From: Iphione sp. A-MEVVRFRX5
Taxonomy: Eukaryota
Assembly: GCA_976226885.1 (NCBI GenBank)
Contig: OZ320314.1
Span: 82,274,001-82,338,000, forward strand
Reading direction: 5' to 3'
Length of the DNA: 64,000 bases
In this document: piece by piece, positions 53,790 through 64,000 of the stretch
Layout of the letters: every line of letters begins with the position of its first letter
Position numbering within the stretch: position 1 is the stretch's first letter
Notes under the pieces: model-generated
Databases searched by the model: none
What the model was told of the DNA's origin: nothing
Seen by the model: the letters and a program-made list of their open reading frames with translations, nothing else
Position numbers and translations under genes: made by a program

Positions 53790-55320
53790 TTCATCACCTC
53801 ATTAGTTGTATTTGCAAGTGTCAGGCATACTGTTCCAAGTAACAGCTGCCCGATATATCATACTGCAAAAAAATTACTTACTTTTTGGGTAGTCAACCTT
53901 AATCCTACACGATTGGCCTCCTCTCATCTGAGATTCATCTGCCATTGGCAGCATCTCTAGCTTAACTTGCCTGTGTGTAGCTGCTAGGGTTCTCCACAGG
54001 ATTAGGTCTTCTACCCTCTCGATCCTGCCATGCTCCCAAAGCAATTTTGTGGGGGCAGCAGCCTCTTGATCCGTGGGATTTTTAGTGCTGCACACCACAT
54101 TTTGCCTTTAATTTCCTTTGAGACTCTGTTCTGCATAGTCTCACATTTAACATGTAGCCCAGTAGATGCACTTTCGTGACTAGCATCAGCTCTATACCAT
54201 TGACTTTTATGTCCATTGGTGTACCAGCTCCCCTGCCCAAAGGCATGTAGCAGCATTTGCCCTCTGACAGCAGCAGTCCTGTTCGTTGGCACCACTCTGC
54301 TACAAGGTTGACAGTATGCTCCCCTCAGCCTCGGTAGATCTTTCATGCTTACTATGATCAACAAATCATCTGCGTATAGCACAGCAGCACTGTATTATGG
54401 CAGGCAGCTGACCAACTCGTCGATCACTAGACAGAATGCTGCAGGACCGAACATGGATCCTTGAGGCACTCCGTGCTTCTTGACTCTTGGTCGTGGCAAT
54501 GCACATATTGCATTCAGTCACTGAGATAGCTGTGCAATAGCCTATGGTCATCCTGACTTTCTCCCCCTACTTTTAGTCTTCTGAGGACCTCTGAGGAAGG
54601 CACTAAGTCAAATGCCTTCCTCATATCAAAAGCAAGTAGGCAACAGTATAAACCAGTGTTCATGGTTTCTATTGCTCTGCCCAGAATGTCTGTCACAGCA
54701 GTCTCCGTGCTGCAGTTTGAGCAGGAGCCATGCTGTTTGTCACTGATGAACTTCCATTTGTCCAGTTGGTGCATCACCTCAGCAACAAACCACTTTTTGA
54801 AGATTTTTCCAGGGAGCAGTAGAATAGACATGGGTTGATAGTTGCCTAGGTAATTCTCGTCCCCTCTCTTGTAAGGTAGTGTGACCTGTGCTATTTTCCA
54901 TGTCCCTGGATACTGCCTGCATTTGACTATGCATTAAAAAATCCAGTGAACAAAGTCCAAATTGAGCAGCATGAGTCAATACTTTAGACAGAATGCCGTC
55001 AAACCTAGAGGCTTTGCAAATGCAGATACCCCAAATAATCAGTCTAAGCTACGCTGGAGGTGGCACCTTAGCGTCGAATGGCATGTATCTGCACTTTGTG
55101 TCTTCAATTGTTGCCCCAGTGTTAGGAGCTGCAAGCGCCCCTACCTTGTCAATGAAGTAGTTATTCAGTTGCTCAGCAACTGTCTTTGCGTCCGCCCCCC
55201 CTAGGGCTGACTGATCCGGTAACTTCATAGATCCCCTTCCACCTCCTAGTGCTTTGTTTAGGACCCCCCCATAGGTTGGCAGTGTTACTATCAGCATCTC
55301 TTACCTTCATCTCCCAGAAT
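53790..55320 (-). mobile_element. CR1/L2/Crack-clade LINE reverse transcriptase relic
   Basis: AEQLNNYFIDKV, YKRGDENYLGNYQPMSILLLPGKIFKK, SDKQHGS, LLAFDMRKAFDLV, SYLSD, a PQGSMFGP-like motif, MLYADDLLI, and C-terminal IYRAAVTWNSMP. Confidence 0.9.
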
Positions 55321-55542
55321 TCTCTGTAGTTGTGCATTCATACATGGATACACTCCTCTTTTTTAACATTCTGTGCAAAAACATTCCAAGACACCCATGA
55401 CAAAATGTCTACATGGAAACCTAGCCTAAAGCCATATTTCTTGGTGATTGTTTGCTAGATTTTTCATTCTTGATATATGGTTATTGAGTTTCTTTTTTTT
55501 TCTTGGTGACTGGTTATCCAAGGAGCTTGACAAACCTGTATA

Positions 55543-55710
55543 CAGTGGAACCCCTCTACTAAGGACACCCTCTATAAAGGACACCACTATGAACAGACTA
55601 AACACAGAACCAAATCTATATGTTTAAATACTCCTGCTATAAAGGACACCTCTCTTTATGGACAGTTTTTGGTCAGTCCCTTTGCTGTCTGTAGTAGAGA
55701 GGTTCCACTG
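55543..55710. mobile_element. Tc1/mariner (pogo/Tigger-type) MITE, 168 bp
   Basis: TIRs CAGTGGAACCCCTCTACTA / CAGTGGAACCTCTCTACTA with TA target duplication (55541-55542, 55711-55712). Internal AAGGACAC repeats. Confidence 0.9.
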
Positions 55711-55829
55711 TACATGTCTTATATTTTCAGTCATTTATCGACTTTTTGATTCCATACAGATGTAACTGAAAGAGTGCGCGACAAACACTTGTTTCACTGG
55801 AGGATTTGGAGAGATTCGATTGTTGACGT

Positions 55830-56520
55830 CACGATAGCGCACGCAACTAAAATTCTGTGTCGTCAATTGATATTTCATCAATATTTCCTCCTCGTGCTAT
55901 TGGTGCGATTCTTTCAAAATCGATGCCTTGAGGATTGACATGTATTTTATAAAATTTCTTCCTTAAATCACCGCTCTTGTACAGATCATCATAAAAATCC
56001 CGCATTTAACTAAAGAAATCATCTTTGAGATTGGGAAGTACGTCAAAGAGCACATATTTGTATAGAAACCATCATGAGGGTAAAGAAAGGAGGCGTCAAT
56101 ATCACAAGACAATAATGATTTGTATGAGACATTGATCGCTTGCCGCCTAGGAATGGGTGTTTGGTCTAGAAAGAGGACAGGAAATAGCCAATAGTAAGAA
56201 ATTCAATGGTATAACCAATTAGATTACAATTAATATTATGATCGAGTCATTTCCAGAAATCGCTATTGATGTCCTGTTCCAAATGATCAAATGTCTTCTA
56301 GATATCTTTCAATGAATCTGCATATTTTGTATGAATTGCCCTGTGAGAATATTCTCCATCGTAGGCTATTGAAAGGTTTTCGAAGTATCGAATCCCCCAA
56401 GGTAAACAGCTTAGGAAACGTAGTGTTCTAGTATGAAAATGCAGGAAAGAAACTAACCTCTCAAATATTTTATCATGCTTGGCAGCAAACTGCGCCAATG
56501 AAACAGAATCTTCAAATTAG
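55830..56520 (-). mobile_element. LINE ORF2 linker fragment (RTE/L1-Tx1-like)
   Basis: KTFDHLEQDINSDFWK*LD ... MRDFYDDLYKSGD matches the ..FY..LY.S motif preceding the RT domain. Confidence 0.45.
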
Positions 56521-57499
56521 ATCTCCATTCATTAAGATCGTCCCTGCATTATGCTGACGCACAAGCGTATGAAAAGGCAGAAGGACGTCGGGGTCTCACC
56601 TTCTTTAAACGTTGGTCCACGAATAAACGAACAAAAAATAGCTACCGAAATAAAAATAGCGAAGTAGTGAATTCGTCCTCCTGGCCACGACGTCATCGCC
56701 ATTTCAATGGCGCAGAAACAACCCCTGGAGAAGTCTGGTCAATGGTAAGGAGTGAAGTGCTCTAAACCCCGGGAGAAATTGGCTTCATTGAAGTAGCAGG
56801 CGCTTTCGGAAAAGCAAGATGAAAGGGGAGAGGAGGTTCATGACATGGGGCCTAGGGTGTCCATCGTTGGCCACCCTGGAGGCCTGAACCCATCGGGGGT
56901 GACAAGCGGTTCTGATGACCGTGATGGACCTCCTGGGTTTTTGTAAGGGGTGAGATACGGACGGGTAGGCGGATGGAGTTGTCACCGTCCCGCTGTCTAC
57001 ACACTACTACATTGAAGCGTAGATGTGGGATCAATTGGCGCCCCTGCTGGGAGAAAAAGAGATCTCTGTACTGCAATGCATGAAAAGTTTCCAAATGTGA
57101 AGAAAGGCACGATATAGTAGCGACCGAAAAGGACCGACGGGTTGCAAACGGCCAATGTAATTAATGTTACAGTGATGGGAAAACAACAATTACAAGAATA
57201 CTTTGCGTAGGATGATAATGCAAAAGCCCTAGGGCGTTGAAGTTAAAGTGTAGTAATTGTTGGTAAGAAAGCAACCCCGGGGCATAAAAGACTAAGTAGC
57301 AACGAGGGCAGATTTTAAAATACAAACACAATGAGTGTTTTCCCTTAGCTCAGACATACTTTAACCGTTTACTCAATTAAGCCTTTATCTATTATGTTCG
57401 CGAAAATAATACGTAAAGCACGGTCTGATTACAGGTAGATAATACCCATTGTAAAATGATAGTTTTATGCAGTCTTCGGCGCTATTTTCCTGTTTTCAA

Positions 57500-57850
57500 T
57501 CAAGAGAGAGAATACAACTGAAGGATAATTAGTTGTTCGTCCCTGCGGTCAACATGTGCTGGACAACAATATTGACTTCTTTGCCTACTCTGAATCTGAA
57601 TTGGGATCTCAAGTCTATCCCTCAAATAGTTCTTGTTTCTATCCAGAAGTTTAATCTTTCGTTTTAATTAATGTCCATAAAATTACAATCGCAACTCAAT
57701 GAGAAGATTTGTTTTTGTAAGTGGAAAGAAAAGACGTTCAGGTCTGATGGAATGGAGTGAAGCCCCTGAAAATTATTCAGGAACTCTATGACGTAGATAA
57801 TAGAATTTGGCGTTTGTTGGCTACCTGTAAAACTGTATGACCATTATTTA
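57500..57850 (+). mobile_element. CR1-type APE endonuclease fragment
   Basis: LDNNIDFFAYSESELGSQVYPSNSSCFYPE (D...ESWL...I..SE.FP), followed by a GGGVF-like segment. Confidence 0.4.
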
Positions 57851-58555
57851 TTAAATTTCATCTGGCAGCATGTTACATGTTCTACATGTATCTCACATAT
57901 GAAACTTTAGAACAGGGATGTATACTACTAAAATCAATAAAATGACATTATCTTTGCCATTAATGCATTAGCGTACCATCTTGTAAAGCATCCCCATATT
58001 GGTAGGACACTACAAGAAAATGGTCACTAAGGCCTACCCAGGAAACCATGGAGTTGGAGTCAGTAAAAAACTGAATATATTATGTCAAATAAATGGGTAA
58101 ATAAAATGACACTACTAAATCATATCCCTACACATTGTTAATGATCGAAAATCTCCGCACTGATTACAATTTATTACCTTGCGTGTTTCAAAGCTTACTG
58201 TTCCTGTTAATATTATATTTTGACCCTTGTTTAATTATATATAGGTTGCATTACTACAAACTAGAAGTCATCTTTGCAAGTTATGAAACCAACCATGCAA
58301 CATTTTACATGTGATGTATTTGACTTATTTAGAATGCCTATACGTATAACTTATGAAGATCTACAGTGTTTAGTGAACAACATTGATCTTTTGACAGATT
58401 TTACGAACAAGGATCAAATGGACATAACTATTTTTAGTAAAACGTGGTCAACTCAGAGTATACCGGATGGTTTCCTAGAAATACCGGGATACCAATCCAA
58501 TGATACAAGGTCAATCATCAGTGGCATCTAAAAAAGGAAGGTGTATTATTACATA

Positions 58556-59144
58556 CCTTATATAAAAAGGCATCGTCCCGGAATTTCCAGCCATTTACAG
58601 TGCATTCTGGGAAATGCAACGTGAAAAAGCCAATTCAAAATGGCGGCACTCTGTCAAATCGATTTTTGCTCATTAAAATTTTGAGAGATTAGACCATTTT
58701 AGATCAAACCAAGATGGAATTAACTTAAATCATAAATGCATCTTTTTGATGTGGTTCCATTAATTTTTGTCAATAAATTTTGATTCGACAACGCTATGCA
58801 TAAGGTTTTGAACTCCTCCTGGTACCCTTTCCTCAATTTCGAGCGAACTTAAGGTATGTGGACCAGGACGATTGTTATTTCTGGTTTGTGGCAAACTTAT
58901 GCTTTTCGTGAATATGATTGAATTTTAACAAAAACCCAGGCAGTTTCGGCCAAAATACCATCAAAAATCAGGTGAATTCATCAAAAAGTCATCAAAACCA
59001 AGGCATAATCATCCGAAAATCCAGAATACTCATCCGAAAAGCATTGAAACTGAGGTAATTTCGTCCGAAAATCCAGTGAAACTGAGGTATTTTGTGTGAA
59101 TATTTGTGAAACTGAAAAATCAAAAATCATGCAAAGCACACTGG
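58556..59144. mobile_element. Non-autonomous DNA-transposon-like insertion nested in the LINE APE domain
   Basis: Non-coding block separating the two APE halves, with repeated CATC(C/A)(G/A)AAAA / TGAAACTGAGGTA units. CC...GG termini flanked by TA; no matching TIRs beyond that. Confidence 0.55.
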
Positions 59145-59415
59145 TATCAATAGATCAGCTAGGTATACTAAACCATCATAAAGTAGTATTAATGGGTGAT
59201 TAACTTAATGAAAATTAACTTAATGAAATCAATTTCACTTCTATCTACATGACTTTGCAAAAAGGTATTCTTGTCATTAATTGATTTATGAACCCACACG
59301 CTGCACTAGTCGCTCCACTATGTTAAAAGACTTAATATTGACCACTCTGCCAGAGCCGATTGGTCATAGTGGAATTGTAAAGTGTTCATTGAATGATCAT
59401 GATGCCGTCAGTTGT

Positions 59416-59508
59416 ACCTTCAAAACAAGTTCGAAATATTCTGACTGACCTTCAAAACAAGTTCGAAATATTCTGACTGACCTTCAAAACAAGTTCGAAA
59501 TATTCTGA
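59416..59508. repeat. Perfect 32-bp tandem repeat, ~3 copies
   Basis: ACCTTCAAAACAAGTTCGAAATATTCTGACTG at 59416 and 59448, plus a 29-nt copy at 59480. No spacers. Confidence 0.95.
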
Positions 59509-60489
59509 TGTTTCCTTAAGATGGCTAAGAAGTAATAAGAAATCCAATGAGGATTTATATAGTGAGAGAACTATGTCGAATAAAGGAGGTACCGGTAAAT
59601 AATCATTCATCAGTTAATGTAGGATGGGAGCGGTTCAGGATGTGACCTAGATGAAGTTCTGAGAAAGGTAATTAGAGGACTTGCATAGGATTTGGAATGG
59701 ATTATGCAATGGACTATGCAGATGAAAATACTCGTGAAAACTACTAAAACAGTAGGTGTACCTTTTAGATATCATAAGAGGAATACAGATGTAATAGTCA
59801 GGTTGAAGTACAAAAAACATGGATATCAAAATGGCAAAAAGGGTAAGATATCGTGGGGTTATTTTGGATGAGCTTTTGACCACAACTAGCAATAAGAACC
59901 TCACCATCCAGAAACTGTACATCAATTTAATTCATTTCAAAGCAACAAGAACGTATGATGATAGGTTAGTTAGAATTATGCGTTCTGTGAGTGTACCTGT
60001 TAGTGAGTGTGCTATAATCGTACATACTAATACCCCCTGTAACAGAAGATAATCATGGCCCCAAAAAATGATGTATATGTTTCAGGTTCATCTCATTGTA
60101 ACAAGCTACAACTGATTTTGTAGTAAGAAGGAATATGAGATTATTAACCATGGCTCTCATGGCAGCTTTGCCATTTGAACGGAAGGAACACGATGAACGT
60201 GTATCAACTCGGAGCCTACAAAAGAAGAGCATTCATCGTTAAGACCTAGGAGGGAAAGCGATCGAAGATTGGTCGAAATACATTTATTATATACCTTGAC
60301 AACAACTAATTATAGAATTACCAAATCTTGATGCTAACCATTTTAAATCCAAAATCCAGAAGTCGGGTAGGAAAAATAATCTAGTCCCATATGACAAGAT
60401 GTTTGATAATAGACACAGGGCATTGCTGCTGTGTACATTATTGAGACTATTTTGTAAAATCTTTTCACAGACCTATGTATATGGGGTCT

Positions 60490-60790
60490 GGAAAAAGTGA
60501 TATCACACAGAACTAGATGGTTTCCATGTTGATGTGGGTATCCATAGGTGTCCGTAGTCCCGAGGCATCCATGGATGGAAAGCGAGTAATGTTCGTTCTT
60601 TTGCAAACGATGGACACCTACAGATGAGTAGGTTAGAGAAAATAGGGTCTCAGACAAAGAGGAAGACTGAATAACATATGTTAGTCCATGTGAAATATTT
60701 TTGATTTGTATATAATTTGCATAAAAACCTCACAATTTCCACAGATATATACTTCAATCTATATGATAAAACTGCACAAAACAAAAAGAA
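60490..60790 (-). repeat. Dispersed repeat, copy B (homologous to 14880-15170)
   Basis: The reverse complement shares AACATATGTTA, TTTCTCTAACCTACTCATCTGTA and ACATGGAAACCA in the same order as copy A. Confidence 0.65.
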
Positions 60791-62759
60791 CCCCCCCCCC
60801 CCCACACACACAGCCCATCCTTCAGCTGTGATCCGGGAACAACCTGGTTGCTACCTGCCCACGACTTGCCCATCCCCCAGCCTCGCCCCAGCAGGTTTAT
60901 ACCATGAATCGGTGAGTTTATACTGCTACCAGGCCAGGGAGAGGCGAGTGAAAGGCCAGGGAGAGGCCAGGGAGTCTGTACACATGAAAATGGCCTCTCT
61001 TTGCTTGTGCATGCTCGTCTGGAAAATTGGCCCATTTTCTGGATGAGCATGGACTGTGGTAAAGAAGCCTGTACCTATGGAAAGGAGGTCTAACCGGTGA
61101 AGTGTGACCTTCTAGTCATACATAGTAACCTGAGTCTAGGACTCAGTCACCACCTGTTCGGATATTATTGCACAGTATACTCCATTATAAGAGCTTTATA
61201 TAAACAGGTAATCTTTTGTATAGTCATTATTGAAACTAAGATAATAGGTCGATAGGCCACTCTCACTCTCAAATATGTCACATCTCAAAATCAGTTTTCT
61301 ACATTACATCAAATCATTTTTCTTGACATGTTCATACTGTAAGATTTTTAGGAACATACTGGATTAAATTACTATGCGTATAAATATTCCAATGTAAATA
61401 CAATAAAAATATATCGGTCACGTATGGAATATATAAATACTATATTTCGCTGACCTTGTTTGAAGTTTTAATTGATACCTCATATCTCCACCGACTATTT
61501 TCTAAGTAGACCATGGGTTTTGAATAGGTTATTCCATGAACTCATATTTTTATCCAGTGATTTTTTTGCAATGGGTGCTCATCTTTTCATTTAGCCCTAC
61601 CTCTTTACCATTAAAAAATGGTAATGCTTGTTCGCCCTAGTTGACCCATCGTTGTGTTGGGTCAGGCGGGACAGCTATATCGCCACAGCTATGTTCAACG
61701 ACAAGGGCACTCATGGATCAAGTAACTTTCCACTCTATCGCTTTTCCTTTTACGAGATCCAGAGCAGTACTGGCTGTCTATCAGACTTGCCTATTATGCT
61801 ATTCACTCGAAGAATTTATTCCCCTATAGTCAGGTCTTAAAAAGGAGTTTCCTGCCAAATATATCGGTTACATTTCCTAGAGATGCACTGACAAGAAAAC
61901 ATCAGTGTCGCTCCCACCCTACAGTAAAATCGTATTACTACTGCGTGTGCAGGATTGAGGACGTAATTCTTTACATTTACGGCTTCGCTAACGTCTTTTG
62001 CGGCGTAGGTAAGTCCTGCAAATGACCATTAATGATCCTGTCGGCGGTGACGTTCTAGTGACGCATTCTAGCGAACAGGTCCGTAGAATATGTATCATCT
62101 CAGTATGGTGAAATTGTACATTGGCCAGCAAATATTTTCAGCAATAACATATATCCTAAAAGGCATGACGTTACAGGACGAACTGATGTATTTAAAAACA
62201 GATGGCAACTGTAATTTGACAAAGGATGGATAAAACTCTATTACCGGCGTCGTTTTACTTTCTAGACTGATGGGATGTTGACTTCGCAACATTGTTGTGT
62301 GTACTGTGATGAGACCGGTCCAATTTCCTACTCCTTCTGTAGCCTTCTGACATTTATAATGCGGTTGTTTCACATGCGTAACGCTAGAATGCATTGTTGT
62401 CCTATGTCGAAGCAGACCTGGTGGGCTTTCAACCATAGTGGATGACAGTAGAGCTATCTGTCCTCAGCCTTGTTCGTCTTTCCATGTTTTTTTTTGTGCG
62501 AATAACATATCACAGCTTTTGAATCAGATTCTTTGGGTCTTTTGATCTTGAATTTCATGAAAAACACAAGATTTCTGAAAGATCTTTTGTATACAGTTGT
62601 AGAAAAAGAACTCGCAACTCTCATGATGCACATGTATATACATGTACATGTATACATATGCGTCTGAACCTACAAAAATGTAATAGCTTGAATTACTTTA
62701 AACCTTAATTAGAAGTAACAATTCAAGGGGAAGGCACTGTTTGATTACAGGATGCAGTA

Positions 62760-63072
62760 AGGTCTGGTAAAAAAAGTTCTGTTTCCGTTAACCCGACCGA
62801 CCCTATATTAGAACCAATTATAACTTTTTATCTTTTTCTTGTTTTTTGAATAACTTCAGAATAACTAATGATAGAGACATGTATAAAACAAGTTGCTCCT
62901 TAGGTTATTACCTTCCATGTGACACCTAACTCATATAAGTGACATTATCACAGATTTGTAAATTTCAGGATCTTTTAACATTGAAAAAAATAAAAATAAA
63001 AAAGTGTGACCTACGGACCAACCCTGTATTTTTTCAGCTTGTCACTGGAAACACAAAACTGTTTCTTAGGCC
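62760..63072. mobile_element. MITE with CCGACC subterminal motifs
   Basis: Imperfect TIRs AGGTCTGGTAAAAAAAGTTCTGTTTCC / GGCCTAAGAAACAGTTTTGTGTTTCC. Internal CCCGACCGACCCT and GACCTACGGACCAACCCT motifs; AT-rich interior. Superfamily uncertain. Confidence 0.6.
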
Positions 63073-64000
63073 CCAGATATGTAAGTGGACCATTCATATA
63101 ACAGGATAAGAATCATCATGAAGCTCCAAGGTACCGTGTAAATAATGAAGAATACTTAACCATTGTTTTTGTAACCGATTCAGTGTGTTGGCCAGATGAG
63201 AAAACAAATCTCTTCAAAGATGTTCTTCGTCCTTCCCCTTGAAAAGTCCTACTTTACTTTTGTTGCTATTGTCCATGAATCTGTACATAGTATTTCAACC
63301 TTCTAAACCTGTGGTATTGATTCCATTTTAGCTGGGTGAACAGGATTAAATACGTGTCAAGCTACATTTTAAACGACGCTTAGTTTCAATAGGTCGATTT
63401 CAACCCTGTGAACGTAAATTACAAATTTCGTCTTACAATTCACGCATCTTTGATCGGCACGTTCTCATGGACGACTTGAATGTAGCTCCCTCAAGCCTCA
63501 AATGTGCATGTATCTAGACTAAAGAGACTAGGCTGTCATTGGGTTCGTGTATATTGTTATTGTTATTGAAAATCATTCCCTCGTCATGAGTACTGGCTAA
63601 TATCTCCATGATTAGAAAAAAACAAGGACGTTGATCAACCAACTGTGGTTCGTATACAGTAACCCCTCCCTTTGCAACACCTCTATTCTAGGACCCTCCC
63701 TATTCCAAGCAGATTGACTCAGTGCAGAATGAAACTATTTTACATAAAATACTTCAGCATTCCACTACTCTAATTATATATTGTAGCGGTTTGGTCTCAG
63801 CCTGGAGCAAAATGTCTATCGAACACTGAAGAACTATGGTTCGCTAGGTTAAGTTATTGGTTCAATGAAACTGAAACCTTGGGCTTCGAGTCGCGATTGT
63901 TCCGACTAGAGACTAAGAAAAGTCAGGCTTGTGGTAATCTCCAGAAGTTACTTGTTGGGTCAGCAGAATTCTGACTCCAGTCATTTAAGCTGATGATCTT

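Larger units (their letters stand above)
58274..60052 (+). mobile_element. CR1/L2/Crack LINE ORF2 relic interrupted by a DNA element
   Basis: QCLVNNIDLLTDFTNKDQMDITIFSKTWSTQSIPDGFLEIPGYQ (APE N-terminus); HKVVLMGD; EPTRCTSRSTMLKDLILTTLPEPIGHSGIVKCSLNDHDAV (APE C-terminus); RVRYRGVILDELL (RT thumb). The RT core is deleted. Confidence 0.8.

Noticed and set aside
59416-59508. CRISPR array (32-bp repeats)
   Set aside because: The units are directly adjacent with no spacers, there are no cas genes, and the context is a eukaryotic LINE.
1-64000. Strand bias of TE relics suggesting a uni-strand piRNA cluster
   Set aside because: My rough tally (about 18 minus vs 14 plus, including weak calls) is not a convincing bias.

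Overview
Eukaryotic, AT-rich window, most likely from a marine invertebrate. Frequent TACATGTA motifs, poly-C/G runs, and the CR1/L2, Penelope and DIRS/Ngaro repertoire are compatible with amphioxus or a similar animal (inference only). I found no intact host gene, RNA gene or prokaryotic-type system. The window is a transposon graveyard. The clearest relics are: CR1/L2/Crack-type LINEs (about 6.3-8.0 kb minus, 53.8-55.3 kb minus, 58.3-60.05 kb plus); an internally deleted Penelope-like element (RT plus GIY-YIG, about 8.8-11.4 kb plus); a Ngaro-like tyrosine-recombinase retrotransposon (43.3-45.3 kb minus) with several smaller DIRS/Ngaro-like fragments; hAT, Harbinger and pogo transposase remnants; and three well-defined MITEs. 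Other structure includes a possible WD40 pseudogene at the left edge, hammerhead-like motifs, a 74-nt near-perfect palindrome, an unassigned dispersed repeat pair, and a perfect 3 x 32-bp tandem inside a decayed LINE. Protein calls come from manual translation across stops and frameshifts, compared with remembered family motifs. Boundaries are approximate unless TIRs or repeat units are given.
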